Assembly: GCA_964016885.1 (NCBI GenBank)
Contig: CAXHJY010000096.1
Coordinates: 2,666,001-2,730,000, forward strand
DNA length: 64,000 nucleotides
Reading direction: 5' to 3'
Source: Eledone cirrhosa
Taxonomy: Eukaryota
The position numbers were made by a program, and so were the translations under genes. Below, in pieces: positions 11,301-25,400 of this stretch. The notes under the pieces are model-generated. The model did no database searches. It was given only the letters and a program-made list of their open reading frames with translations, and had not been told where the DNA came from. The number at the start of each line of letters is the position of its first letter. Positions within the stretch are counted from its first letter, which is position 1.

Positions 11301-14300
11301 AAATCAAGGGGAGATAATTTCCAGCCGTCCAAGGGAAGATAATTTCCAACCCTCCAAGGGGCTATAATTTCCAGCGTCCAAGGGGAGATAATTTCCAGCC
11401 AGCGAAGGGGAGATAATTTTTTTAAAAAAATCATTGGGAGATTTGTAAAAAAATCAGGGGGAGATAATTTGTAAAAAAAATCAAGGGGAGATAATTTCCA
11501 GCCGTCCAAGGGGAGGTAATATCTAGCCGTCCAAGGGGTGATAATTTCCAGCCGTCCAAGGGGAGATAATTTCCAGCCGTCCAAGGGTAGATAATATCCA
11601 GCCGTCCAAGGACATATTTTCCAGCCGTCCAAGGAGAGGTAATTTCTAGCCGTCCAAGGGGAGATAAATTCCAGCCTCCAAGGTGAGATAATTTCCAGCC
11701 AGCCAAGGGGAGATAATTTGTAAAAAAAAATCAGGGGGAGATAATTTGTAAAAAAAATCAAGGGGAGATAATTTCCAGCCGTCCAAGGGGAGATAATTTT
11801 CAGCCGTCCAAGGGGAGATAATTTCCCGCCAGCCAAGGGAAGATAATATTTAAAAAAATCAGGCGGAGATAATTTGTAAAAAAAATCAGGGGGAGATAAT
11901 TTGTAAAAAAATCAGGGGGAGATAATTTGTAAAAAAAAAATCAGGGGGAGATAATTTGTAAAAAAAATCAGGGGGAGATAATTTGTAAAAAAAAATCAGG
12001 GGTAGATGAATTGTAAAAAAAAATCAGGGGGAGATAATTTGTAAAAAAAATCAGGGGGAGATAATTTGTAAAAAAAATGAAAGGGGAGATAATATCCAGC
12101 CGTCCAAGGGGAGATAATTTCCAGCCGTCCAAGGGGAGATAATTTCCAGCCGTCCAAGGGGAGATAATTTCCATCCTTCCAAGGGGATATAATTTCCAGC
12201 CGTCCAAGGGGAGATAATTTCCCGCCAGCCAAGGGAAGATAATATTTAAAAAAATTAGGCGGAGATTGTAAAAAAAATCAGGGGGGAGATAATTTGTAAA
12301 AAAATCAGGGGGAGATAATTTGTAAAAAAAAATCAGGGGGAGATAATTTGTAAAAAATAATCAGGGGGAGATAATTTGTAAAAAAAAATCAAGGGGAGAT
12401 AATTTCCAGCCGTCCAAGGGGAGGTAATATCTAGCCGTCCAAGGGGAGATAATTTCCAGCCGTCCAACGGGAGATAATTTCCAGCCGTCCATGGGTAGAT
12501 AATATCCAGCCGCCCAAGGACATATTTTCCAGCCGTCCAAGGAGAGGTACTTTCTAGCCGTCCAAGGGGAGATAATTTCCAGCCGTCCAAGGGTAGATAA
12601 TATCCAGCCGTCCAAGGACATATTTTCCAGCCGTCCAAGGAGAGGTAATTTCTAGCCGTCCAAGGGGAGATAAATTCCAGCCTCCAAGGGGAGATAATTT
12701 CCAGCCAGCCAAGGGGAGATAATTTGTAAAAAAATCAGGGGGAGATAATTTGTAAAAAAAATCAGGGGGAGATAATTTGTAAAAAAAAATCAGGGGGAGA
12801 TAATTTGTAAAAAAAAATCAGGGGGAGATAATTTGCAAAAAAAATCAGGGGGAGATAATTTGTAAAAAAAAATCAGGGGTAGATAATTTGTAAAAAAAAA
12901 TCAGGGGGAGATAATTTGTAAAAAAAAATCAGGGGGAGATAATTTGTAAAAAAAATCAAGGGGAGATAATTTCCAGCCGTCCAAGGGAAGATAATTTCCA
13001 GCCCTCCAAGGGGCTATAATTTCCAGCGTCCATGGGGAGATAATTTCCAGCCAGCGAAGGGGAGATAATTTTTTTTAAAAAATCATTGGGAGATTTGTAA
13101 AAAAAATCAGGGGGAGATAATTTGTAAAAAAAATCAAGGGGAGATAATTTCCAGCCGTCCAAGGGGAGGTAATATCTAGCCGTCCAAGGGGAGATAATTT
13201 CCAGCCGTCCAACGGGAGATAATTTCCAGCCGTCCATGGGTAGATAATATCCAGCCGCCCAAGGACATATTTTCCAGCCGTCCAAGGAGAGGTAATTTCT
13301 AGCCGTCCAAGGGGAGATAATTTCCAGCCGTCCAAGGGTAGATAATATCCAGCCGTCCAAGGACATATTTTCCAGCCGTCCAAGGAGAGGTAATTTCTAG
13401 CCGTCCAAGGGGAGATAAATTCCAGCCTCCAAGGGGAGATAATTTCCAGCCAGCCAAGGGGAGATAATTTGTAAAAAAATCAGGGGGAGATAATTTGTAA
13501 AAAAAATCAGGGGGAGATAATTTGTAAAAAAAAATCAGGGGGAGATAATTTGTAAAAAAAAATCAGGGGGAGATAATTTGCAAAAAAAATCAGGGGGAGA
13601 TAATTTGTAAAAAAAAATCAGGGGTAGATAATTTGTAAAAAAAAATCAGGGGGAGATAATTTGTAAAAAAAAATCAGGGGGAGATAATTTGTAAAAAAAA
13701 TCAAGGGGAGATAATTTCCAGCCGTCCAAGGAGAGATAATTTTAAAAAAAATCAGGCGGAGATAATTTGTAAAAAAAAATCAGGGGGAGATAATTTGTAA
13801 AAAAAATCAGGGGGAGATAATTTGTAAAAAAAAATCAGGGGTAGATAATTTGTAAAAAAAAATCAGGGGGAGATAATTTGTAAAAAAAAATCAGGGGGAG
13901 ATAATTTGTAAAAAAAATCAAGGGGAGATAATTTCCAGCCGTCCAAGGAGAGATAATTTAAAAAAAAATCAGGCGGAGATAATTTGTAAAAAAAAATCAG
14001 AGGGAGATAATTTGTAAAAAAAAATCAGGGGGAGATAATTTGTAAAAAAAATCAAGGGGAGATAATTTCCAGCCGTCCAAGGGGAGATAATTTTCAGCCG
14101 TCCAAGGGGAGATAATTTCCCGCCAGCCAAGGGAAGATAATATTCAAAAAAATCAGGCGGAGATAATTTGTAAAAAAAATCAGGGGGAGATAATTTGTAA
14201 AAAAATCAGGGGGAGATAATTTGTAAAAAAAAAAATCAGGGGGAGATAATTTGTAAAAAAAAATCAGGGGGAGATAATTTGTAAAAAAAATGAAAGGGGA

Positions 14301-15480
14301 GATAATATCCAGCCGTCCAAGGGGAGATAATTTCCAGCCGTCCAAGGGGAGATAATTTCCAGCCGTCCAAGGGGAGATAATTTCCATCCTTCCAAGGGGA
14401 TATAATTTCCAGCCGTCCAAGGGGAGATAATTTCCATCCTTCCAAGGGGATATAATTTCCAGCCGTCCAAGGGGAGATAATTTTCAGCCGTCCAAGGAGA
14501 GGTAATTTCTAGCCGTCCAAGGAGAGATAATTTCCAGCCGTCCAAGGGGAGATAATTTCCAGCCGTCCAAGGGGAGATAATTTCCAGCCGTCCAAGGAGA
14601 CATATTTTCCAGCCGTCCAAGGAGAGGTAATTCCTAGCCGTCCAAGGGGAGATAAATTCCAGCCTCCAAGGGGAGATAATTTCCAGCCAGCCAAGTGGAG
14701 ATAATTTGTAAAAAAAATCAGGGGGAGATAATTTGTAAAAAAAATCAGGGGGAGATAATTTGTAAAGAAATCAGGGGGAGATAATTTGTAAAAAAAATCA
14801 GGGGGAGATAATTTGTAAAAAAAATCAGGGGGAGATAATTTGTAAAAAAAAATCAGGGGGAGATAATTTGTAAAAAAAATCAAGGGGAGATAATTTCCAG
14901 CCGTCCAAGGGAAGATAATTTCCAGCCCTCCAAGGGGCTATAATTTCCAGCGTCCAAGGGGAGATAATTTCCAGCCAGCGAAGGGGAGATAATTTTTTTA
15001 AAAAAATCATTGGGAGATTTGTAAAAAAATCAGGGGGAGATAATTTGTAAAAAAAATCAAGGGGAGATAATTTCCAGCCGTCCAAGGGGAGGTAATATCT
15101 AGCCGTCCAAGGGGTGATAATTTCCAGCCGTCCAAGGGGAGATAATTTCCAGCCGTCCAAGGGTAGATAATATCCAGCCGTCCAAGGACATATTTTCCAG
15201 CCGTCCAAGGAGAGGTAATTTCTAGCCGTCCAAGGGGAGATAAATTCCAGCCTCCAAGGTGAGATAATTTCCAGCCAGCCAAGGGGAGATAATTTGTAAA
15301 AAAATCAGGGGGAGATAATTTGTAAAAAAAATCAGGGGGAGATAATTTGTAAAAAAAAATCAGGGGGAGATAATTTGTAAAAAAAATCAAGGGGAGATAA
15401 TTTCCAGCCGTCCAAGGGGAGATAATTTTCAGCCGTCCAAGGGGAGATAATTTCCCGCCAGCCAAGGGAAGATAATATTT
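8340..15480. repeat. ~3.5-3.6-kb tandem higher-order duplication (two copies), each containing an internal ~744-bp repeat
   Basis: Private markers: ccatgggtag at ~8970, 9714, 12489 and 13234; tgtaaagaaatc at ~11186 and 14761; ggggtgataa at ~11535 and 15111. ORF offsets 8449/11968 (3519), 9436/12956 (3520) and 10688/14264 (3576). Confidence 0.85.
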
Positions 15481-16489
15481 AAAAAAATCAGGCGGAGATA
15501 ATTTGTAAAAAAAATCAGGGGGAGATAATTTGTAAAAAAATCAGGGGGAGATAATTTGTAAAAAAAAAATCAGGGGGAGATAATTTGTAAAAAAAATCAG
15601 GGGGAGATAATTTGTAAAAAAAAATCAGGGGTAGATAAATTGTAAAAAAAAATCAGGGGGAGATAATTTGTAAAAAAAATCAGGGGGAGATAATTTGTAA
15701 AAAAAATGAAAGGGGAGATAATATCCAGCCGTCCAAGGGGAGATAATTTCCAGCCGTCCAAGGGGAGATAATTTCCAGCCGTCCAAGGGGAGATAATTTC
15801 CATCCTTCCAAGGGGATATAATTTCCAGCCGTCCAAGGGGAGATAATTTCCCGCCAGCCAAGGGAAGATAATATTTAAAAAAATTAGGCGGAGATAATTT
15901 GTAAAAAAAATCAGGGGGAGATAATTTGTAAAAAATCAGGGGGAGATAATTTGTAAAAAAAATCAGGGGGAGATAATTTGTAAAAAAAATCATGGGGAGA
16001 TAATTTGTAAAAAAAAATCAGGGGTAGATAATTTGTAAAAAAAAATCAGGGGGAGATAATTTGTAAAAAAAAATCAGGGGGAGATAATTTGTAAAAAAAA
16101 TCAAGGGGAGATAATTTCCAGCCGTCCAAGGGGAGATAATTTTCAGCCGTCCAAGGAGAGGTAATTTCTAGCCGTCCAAGGGGAGATAATTTCCAGCCGT
16201 CCAAGGAGAGGTAATTTCCAGCCGTCCAAGGGGAGATAATTTTTAAAAAAAAATCAGGCGGAGATAATTTGTAAAAAAAATCAAGGGGAGATAATTTGCA
16301 GCCGTCCAAGGGGAGATAATTTTCAGTCGTCCAAGGAGAGGTAATTTCTAGCCGTCCAAGGGGAGATAATTGCCAGCCGTCCAAGGGGAGATAATTTCCA
16401 GCCGTCCAAGGGGAGATAATTTTTTTTAAAAAATCAGGCGGAGATAATTTGTAAAAAAATCAGGGGGAGATAATTTGTAAACAAAATCA

Positions 16490-19400
16490 GGGGGAGATAA
16501 TTTGTAAAAAAAAATCAGGGGGAGATAATTTGTAAAAAAAATCATGGAGAGATAATTTCCAGCCGTCCAAGGGGAGATAATTTCCAGCCGTCCAAGGAGA
16601 CATATTTTCCAGCCGTCCAAGGCGAGGTAATTTCTAGCCGTCCAAGGGGAGATAAATTCCAGCCTCCAAGGGGAGATAATTTCCAGCCAGCCAAGTGGAG
16701 ATAATTTGTAAAAAAATCAGGGGGAGATAATTTGTAAAAAATATCAGGGAGATAATTTGTAAAAAAAAATCAGGGGGAGATAATTTGTAAAAAAAATCAG
16801 GGGGAGATAATTTGTAAAAAAAAATCAGGGGGAGATAATTTGTAAAAAGAATCAAGGGGAGATAATTTCCAGCCGTCCAAGGGGAGATAATTTTCAGCCG
16901 TCCAAGGGGAGATAATTTCCCGCCAGCCAAGGGAAGATAATATTTAAAAAAATCAGGCGGAGATAATTTGTAAAAAAAATCAGGGGGAGATAATTTGTAA
17001 AAAAATCAGGGGGAGATAATTTGTAAAAAAAAAATCAGGGGGAGATAATTTGTAAAAAAAATCAGGGGGAGATAATTTGTAAAAAAAAATCAGGGGTAGA
17101 TAATTTGTAAACAAAAATCAGGGGGAGATAATTTGTAAAAAAAAATCAGGGGGAGATAATTTGTAAAAAAAATGAAAGGGGAGATAATATCCAGCCGTCC
17201 AAGGGGAGATAATTTCCAGCCGTCCAAGGGGATATAATTTCCAGCCGTCCAAGGGGAGATAATTTCCATCCTTCCAAGGGGATATAATTTCCAGCCGTCC
17301 AAGGGGAGATAATTTCCCGCCAGCCAAGGGAAGATAATTTTTAAAAAAATCAGGCGGAGATTGTAAAAAAAATCAGGGGGGAGATAATTTGTAAAAAAAT
17401 CAGGGGGAGATAATTTGTAAAAAATAATCAGGGGGAGATAATTTGTAAAAAAATTCAAGGGGAGATAATTTCCAGCCGTCCAAGGGGAGATAATTTCCCG
17501 CCAGCCAAGGGAAGATAATATTTAAAAAAATCAGGCGGAGATTGTAAAAAAAATCAGGGGGGAGATAATTTGTAAAAAAATCAGGGGGAGATAATTTGTA
17601 AAAAAAATCAGGGGGAGATAATTTGTAAAAAAATCAGGGGGAGATAATTTGTAAAAAAAATCAGGGGGAGATAATTTGTAAAAAAAATCATGGGGAGATA
17701 ATTTGTAAAAAGAAATCAGGGGTAGATAATTTGTAAAAAAAAATCAGGGGGAGATAATTTGTAAAAAAAAATCAGGGGGAGATAATTTGTAAAAAAAATC
17801 AAGGGGAGATAATATCCAGCCGTCCAAGGAGAGATAATTTTAAAAAAAAATGAGGCGGAGATAATTTGTAAAAAAAAAAATCAGGGGGAGTTAATTTGTA
17901 AAAAAAAATGAGGGGGAGATAATTTGTAAAAAAAATCAAGGGGAGATAATTTCCAGCCGTCCAAGGGGAGATAATTTTCAGCCGTCCAAGGAGAGGTAAT
18001 TTCTAGCCGTCCAAGGGGAGATAATTTCCAGCCGTCCAAGGGGAGGTAATTTCCAGCCGTCCAAGGGGAGATAATTTAAAAAAAAAAATCAGGCGGAGAT
18101 AATTTGTAAAAAAAATCAAGGGGAGATAATTTGCAGCCGTCCAAGGGGAGATAATTTTCAGTCGTCCAAGGAGAGGTAATTTCTAGCCGTCCAAGGGGAG
18201 ATAATTTCCAGCCGTCCAAGGGGAGATAATTTCCAGCCGTCCAAGGGGAGATAATTTTTTTTTAAAAATCAGGCGGAGATAATTTGTAAAAAAAATCAGG
18301 GGGAGATAATTTGTAAACAAAATCAGGGGGAGATAATTTGTAAAAAAAAATCAGGGGGAGATAATTTGTAAAAAAAATTAGGCGTAGATAATTTGTAAAA
18401 AAAAATCAGGGGGAGATAATTTGTAAAAAAAAATCAGGGGGAGATAATTTGTTTAAAAAATCAAGGGGAGATAATTTGCAGCCGTCCAAGGGGAGATAAT
18501 TTTCAGCCGTCCAAGGAGAGGTAATTTCTAGCCGTTCAAGGGGAGATAATTTCCAGCCGTCCAAGGGGAGATAATTTCCAGCCGTCCAAGGGGAGATAAT
18601 TTTTTTTTAAAAATCAGGCGGAGATAATTTGTAAAAAAAAATCAGGTGGAGATAATTCGTAAAAAAAAATCAGGGGGAGATAATTTGTAAAAAAAAATCA
18701 GGGGGAGATAATTTGTAAAAAAAATCAAGGGGAGATAATTTCCAGCCGTCCAAGGGGAGGTAATATCTAGCCGTCCAAGGGGAGATAATTTCCAGCCGTC
18801 CAAGGGGAGATAATTTCCAGCCGTCCAAGGAGACATATTTTCCAGCCGTCCAAGGCGAGGTAATTTCTAGCCGTCCAAGGGGAGATAAATTCCAGCCTCC
18901 AAGGGGAGATAATTTCCAGCCAGCCAAGGGGAGATAATTTGTAAAAAAATCAGGGGGAGATAATTTGTAAAAAATATCAGGGAGATAATTTGTAAAAAAA
19001 AATCAGGGGGAGATAATTTGTAAAAAAAATCAGGGGGAGATAATTTGTAAAAAAAAATCAGGGGGAGATAATTTGTAAAAAAAATCAAGGGGAGATAATT
19101 TCCAGCCGTCCAAGGGGAGATAATTTTCAGCCGTCCAAAGAGAGGTAATTTCTAACCGTCCGAGGAGAGATAATTTCCAGCCGTCCAAGGGGAGATAATT
19201 TCCAGCCGTCCAAGGGGAGATAATTTCCAGCCGTCCAAGGAGACATATTTTCCAGCCGTCCAAGGAGAGGTAATTTCTAGCCGTCCAAGGGGAGATAAAT
19301 TCCAGCCTCCAAGGGGAGATAATTTCCAGCCAGCCAAATGGAGATAATTTGTAAAAAAATCAGGGGGAGATAATTTGCAAAAAAAATCAGGGGGAGATAA

Positions 19401-22400
19401 TTTGTAAAAAATAATCAGGGGGAGATAATTTCCAGCCGTCCAAGGGGAGATAATTTTAAAAAAAATCAGGCGGAGATAATTTGTAAAAAAAAATCAGGGG
19501 GAGATAATTTGTAAAAAAAAATCAGGGGGAGATAATTTGTAAAAAAAATCAAGGGGAGATAATTTCCAGCCGTCCAAGGGAAGATAATTTCCAGCCCTCC
19601 AAGGGGCTATAATTTCCAGTGTCCAAGGGGAGATAATTTCCAGCCAGCGAAGGGGAGATAATTTTTTTTAAAAAATCATTGGGAGATTTGTAAAAAAAAT
19701 CAGGGGGAGATAATTTGTAAAAAAAATCAAGGGGAGATAATTTCCAGCCGTCCAAGGGGAGGTAATATCTAGCCGTCCAAGGGGAGATAATTTCCAGCCG
19801 TCCAAGGGGAGATAATTTCCAGCCGTCCCAGGGTAGATAATATCCAGCCGCCCAAGGACATATTTTCCAGCCGTCCAAGGAGAGGTAATTTCTAGCCGTC
19901 CAAGGGGAGATAAATTCCAGCCTCCAAGGGGAGATAATTTCCAGCCAGCCAAGGGGAGATAATTTGTAAAAAAATCAGGGGGAGATAATTTGTAAAAAAA
20001 ATCAGGGGGAGATAATTTGTAAAAAAAAATCAGGGGGAGATAATTTGTAAAAAAAAATCAGGGGGAGATAATTTGCAAAAAAAATCAGGGGGAGATAATT
20101 TGTAAAAAAAAATCAGGGGTAGATAATTTGTAAAAAAAAATCAGGGGGAGATAATTTGTAAAAAAAAATCAGGGGGAGATAATTTGTAAAAAAAATCAAG
20201 GGGAGATAATTTCCAGCCGTCCAAGGAGAGATAATTTTAAAAAAAATCCGGCGGAGATAATTTGTAAAAAAAAATCAGGGGGAGATAATTTGTAAAAAAA
20301 ATCAGGGGGAGATAATTTGTAAAAAAAAATCAGGGGTAGATAATTTGTAAAAAAAAATCAGGGGGAGATAATTTGTAAAAAAAAATCAGGGGGAGATAAT
20401 TTGTAAAAAAAATCAAGGGGAGATAATTTCCAGCCGTCCAAGGAGAGATAATTTTAAAAAAAATCAGGCGGAGATAATTTGTAAAAAAAAATTAGGGGGA
20501 GATAATTTGTAAAAAAAAATCAGGGGGAGATAATTTGTAAAAAAAATCAAGGGGAGATAATTTCCAGCCGTCCAAGGGGAGATAATTTTCAGTCGTCCAA
20601 GGGGAGATAATTTCCCGCCAGCCAAGGGAAGATAATATTCAAAAAAATCAGGCGGAGATAATTTGTAAAAAAAATCAGGGGGAGATAATTTGTAAAAAAA
20701 TCAGGGGGAGATAATTTGTAAAAAAAAAAATCAGGGGGAGATAATTTGTAAAAAAAATCAGGGGGAGATAATTTGTAAAAAAAAATCAGGGGTAGATAAT
20801 TTGTAAAAAAAAATCAGGGGGAGATAATTTGTAAAAAAAAATCAGGGGGAGATAATTTGTAAAAAAAATGAAAGGGGAGATAATATCCAGCCGTCCAAGG
20901 GGAGATAATTTCCAGCCGTCCAAGGGGAGATAATTTCCAGCCGTCCAAGGGGAGATAATTTCCATCCTTCCAAGGGGATATAATTTCCAGCCGTCCAAGG
21001 GGAGATAATTTCCATCCTTCCAAGGGGATATAATTTCCAGCCGTCCAAGGGGAGATAATTTTCAGCCGTCCAAGGAGAGGTAATTTCTAGCCGTCCAAGG
21101 AGAGATAATTTCCAGCCGTCCAAGGGGAGATAATTTCCAGCCGTCCAAGGGGAGATAATTTCCAGCCGTCCAAGGAGACATATTTTCCAGCCGTCCAAGG
21201 AGAGGTAATTCCTAGCCGTCCAAGGGGAGATAAATTCCAGCCTCCAAGGGGAGATAATTTCCAGCCAGCCAAGGGGAGATAATTTGTAAAAAAAATCAGG
21301 GGGAGATAATTTGTAAAAAAAATCAGGGGGAGATAATTTGTAAAAAAAAATCAGGGGGAGATAATTTGTAAAAAATAATCAGGGGGAGATAATTTGTAAA
21401 AAAAATCAAGGGGAGATAATTTCCAGCCGTCCAAGGGGAGATAATTTTCAGCCGTCCAAGGGGAGATAATTTCCCGCCAGCCAAGGGAAGATAATATTTA
21501 AAAAAATTAGGCGGAGATAATTTGTAAAAAAATCAGGGGGAGATAATTTGTAAAAAAAATCAGGGGGAGATAATTTGTAAAAAAAATCAGGGGGAGATAA
21601 TTTGTAAAAAAAAATCAGGGGGAGATAATTTGTAAAAAAAATCAAGGGGAGATAATTTCCAGCCGTCCAAGGGAAGATAATTTCCAGCCCTCCAAGGGGC
21701 TATAATTTCCAGCGTCCAAGGGGAGATAATTTCCAGCCAGCGAAGGGGAGATAATTTTTTTTAAAAAATCATTGGGAGATTTGTAAAAAAAATCAGGGGG
21801 AGATAATTTGTAAAAAAAATCAAGGGGAGATAATTTCCAGCCGTCCAAGGGGAGGTAATATCTAGCCGTCCAAGGGGAGATAATTTCCAGCCGTCCAAGG
21901 GGAGATAATTTCCATCCGTCCAAGGGTAGATAATATCCAGCCGTCCAAGGACATATTTTCCAGCCGTCCAAGGAGAGGTAATTTCTAGCCGTCCAAGGGG
22001 AGATAAATTCCAGCCTCCAAGGTGAGATAATTTCCAGCCAGCCAAGGGGAGATAATTTGTAAAAAAATCAGGGGGAGATAATTTGTAAAAAAAATCAGGG
22101 GGAGATAATTTGTAAAAAAAAATCAGGGGGAGATAATTTGTAAAAAAAAATCAGGGGGAGATAATTTGTAAAAAAAAATCAGGGGGAGATAATTTGTAAA
22201 AAAATCAAGGGGAGATAATTTCCAGCCGTCCAAGGGGAGATAATTTTCAGCCGTCCAAGGGGAGATAATTTCCCGCCAGCCAAGGGAAGATAATATTTGA
22301 AAAAATCAGGCGGAGATAATTTGTAAAAAAAATCAGGCGGAGATAATTTGTAAAAAAATCAGGGGGAGATAATTTGTAAAAAAAAAATCAGGGGGAGATA

Positions 22401-25400
22401 ATTTGTAAAAAGAATCAGGGGGAGATAATTTGTAAAAAAAAATCAGGGGTAGATAAATTGTAAAAAAAAATCAGGGGGAGATAATTTGTAAAAAAAATCA
22501 GGGGGAGATAATTTGTAAAAAAAATGAAAGGGGAGATAATATCCAGCCGTCCAAGGGGAGATAATTTCCAGCCGTCCAAGGGGAGATAATTTCCAGCCGT
22601 CCAAGGGGAGATAATTTCCATCCTTCCAAGGGGATATAATTTCCAGCCGTCCAAGGGGAGATAATTTCCCGCCAGCCAAGGGAAGATAATTTTTAAAAAA
22701 ATCAGGCGGAGATTGTAAAAAAAATCAGGGGGGAGATAATTTGTAAAAAAATCAGGGGGAGATAATTTGTAAAAAAAAATCAGGGGGAGATAATTTGTAA
22801 AAAATATTCAGGGGGAGATAATTTGTAAAAAAAATCAAGGGGAGATAATTTCCAGCCGTCCAAGGGGAGATAATTTCCCGCCAGCCAAGGGAAGATAATA
22901 TTTAAAAAAATTAGGCGGAGATAATTTGTAAAAAAAATCAGGGGGAGATAATTTGTAAAAAAATCAGGGGGAGATAATTTGTAAAAAAAATCAGGGGGAG
23001 ATAATTTGTAAAAAAATTCATGGGGAGATAATTTGTAAAAAAAAATCAGGGGTAGATAATTTGTAAAAAAAAATCAGGGGGAGATAATTTGTAAAAAAAA
23101 ATCAGGGGGAGATAATTTGTAAAAAATATCAAGGGGAGATAATTTCCAGCCGTCCAAGGGGAGATAATTTTCAGCCGTCCAAGGAGAGGTAATTTCTAGC
23201 CGTCCAAGGGGAGATAATTTCCAGCCGTCCAAGGGGAGGTAATTTCCAGCCGTCCAAGGGGAGATAATTTTAAAAAAAAAATCAGTCGGAGATAATTTGT
23301 AAAAAAAATCAAGGGGAGATAATTTGCAGCCGTCCAAGGGGAGATAATTTTCAGTCGTCCAAGGAGAGGTAATTTCTAGCCGTCCAAGGGGAGATAATTG
23401 CCAGCCGTCCAAGGGGAGATAATTTCCAGCCGTCCAAGGGGAGATAATTTTTTTTAAAAAATCAGGCGGAGATAATTTGTAAAAAAAATCAGGGGGAGAT
23501 AATTTGTAAACAAAATCAGGGGGAGATAATTTGTAAAAAAAAATCAGGGGGAGATAATTTGTAAAAAAAATCATGGAGAGATAATTTCCAGCCGTCCAAG
23601 GTGAGATAATTTCCAGCCGTCCAAGGAGACATATTTTCCAGCCGTCCAAGGCGAGGTAATTTCTAGCCGTCCAAGGGGAGATAAATTCCAGCCTCCAAGG
23701 GGAGATAATTTCCAGCTAGCCAAGTGGAGATAATTTGTAAAAAAATCAGGGGGAGATAATTTGTAGAAAATATCAGGGAGATAATTTGTAAAAAAAAATC
23801 AGGGGGAGATAATTTGTAAAAAAAATCAGGGGGAGATAATTTGTAAAAAAAAATCAGGGGGAGATAATTTATAAAAAAAATCAAGGGGAGATAATTTCCA
23901 GCCGTCCAAGGGGAGATAATTTTCAGCCGTCCAAGGGGAGATAATTTCCCGCCAGCCAAGGGAAGATAATATTTAAAAAAATCAGGCGGAGATAATTTGT
24001 AAAAAAAATCAGGGGGAGATAATTTGTAAAAAAATCAGGGGGAGATAATTTGTAAAAAAAAAATCAGGGGGAGATAATTTGTAAAAAAAATCAGGGGGAG
24101 ATAATTTGTAAAAAAAAATCAGGGATAGATAATTTGTAAACAAAAATCAGGGGGAGATAATTTGTAAAAAAAAATCAGGGGGAGATAATTTGTAAAAAAA
24201 ATGAAAGGGGAGATAATATCCAGCCGTCCAAGGGGAGATAATTTCCAGCCGTCCAAGGGGATATAATTTCCAGCCGTCCAAGGGGAGATAATTTCCATCC
24301 TTCCAAGGGGATATAATTTCCAGCCGTCCAAGGGGAGATAATTTCCCGCCAGCCAAGGGAAGATAATTTTTAAAAAAATCAGGCGGAGATTGTAAAAAAA
24401 ATCAGGGGGGAGATAATTTGTAAAAAAATCAGGGGGAGATAATTTGTAAAAAATAATCAGGGGGAGATAATTTGTAAAAAAATTCAAGGGGAGATAATTT
24501 CCAGCCGTCCAAGGGGAGATAATTTCCCGCCAGCCAAGGGAAGATAATATTTAAAAAAATTAGGCGGAGATAATTTGTAAAAAAAATCAGGGGGAGATAA
24601 TTTGTAAAAAAATCAGGGGGAGATAATTTGTAAAAAAAATCAGGGGGAGATAATTTGTAAAAAAAATCATGGGGAGATAATTTGTAAAAAAAAATCAGGG
24701 GTAGATAATTTGTAAAAAAAAATCAGGGGGAGATAATTTGTAAAAAAAAATCAGGGGGAGATAATTTGTAAAAAAAATCAAGGGGAGATAATATCCAGCC
24801 GTCCAAGGAGAGATAATTTAAAAAAAAAATGAGGCGGAGATAATTTGTAAAAAAAAAATCAGGGGGAGTTAATTTGTAAAAAAAAATGAGGGGGAGATAA
24901 TTTGTAAAAAAAATCAAGGGGAGATAATTTCCAGCCGTCCAAGGGGAGATAATTTTCAGCCGTCCAAGGAGAGGTAATTTCTAGCCGTCCAAGGGGAGAT
25001 AATTTCCAGCCGTCCAAGGGGAGGTAATTTCCAGCCGTCCAAGGGGAGATAATTTTAAAAAAAAAATCAGGCGGAGATAATTTGTAAAAAAAATCAAGGG
25101 GAGATAATTTGCAGCCGTCCAAGGGGAGATAATTTTCAGTCGTCCAAGGAGAGGTAATTTCTAGCCGTCCAAGGGGAGATAATTTCCAGCCGTCCAAGGG
25201 GAGATAATTTCCAGCCGTCCAAGGGGAGATAATTTTTTTTAAAAAATCAGGCGGAGATAATTTGTAAAAAAAATCAGGGGGAGATAATTTGTAAACAAAA
25301 TCAGGGGGAGATAATTTGTAAAAAAAAATCAGGGGGAGATAATTTGTAAAAAAAATTAGGCGTAGATAATTTGTAAAAAAAAATCAGGGGGAGATAATTT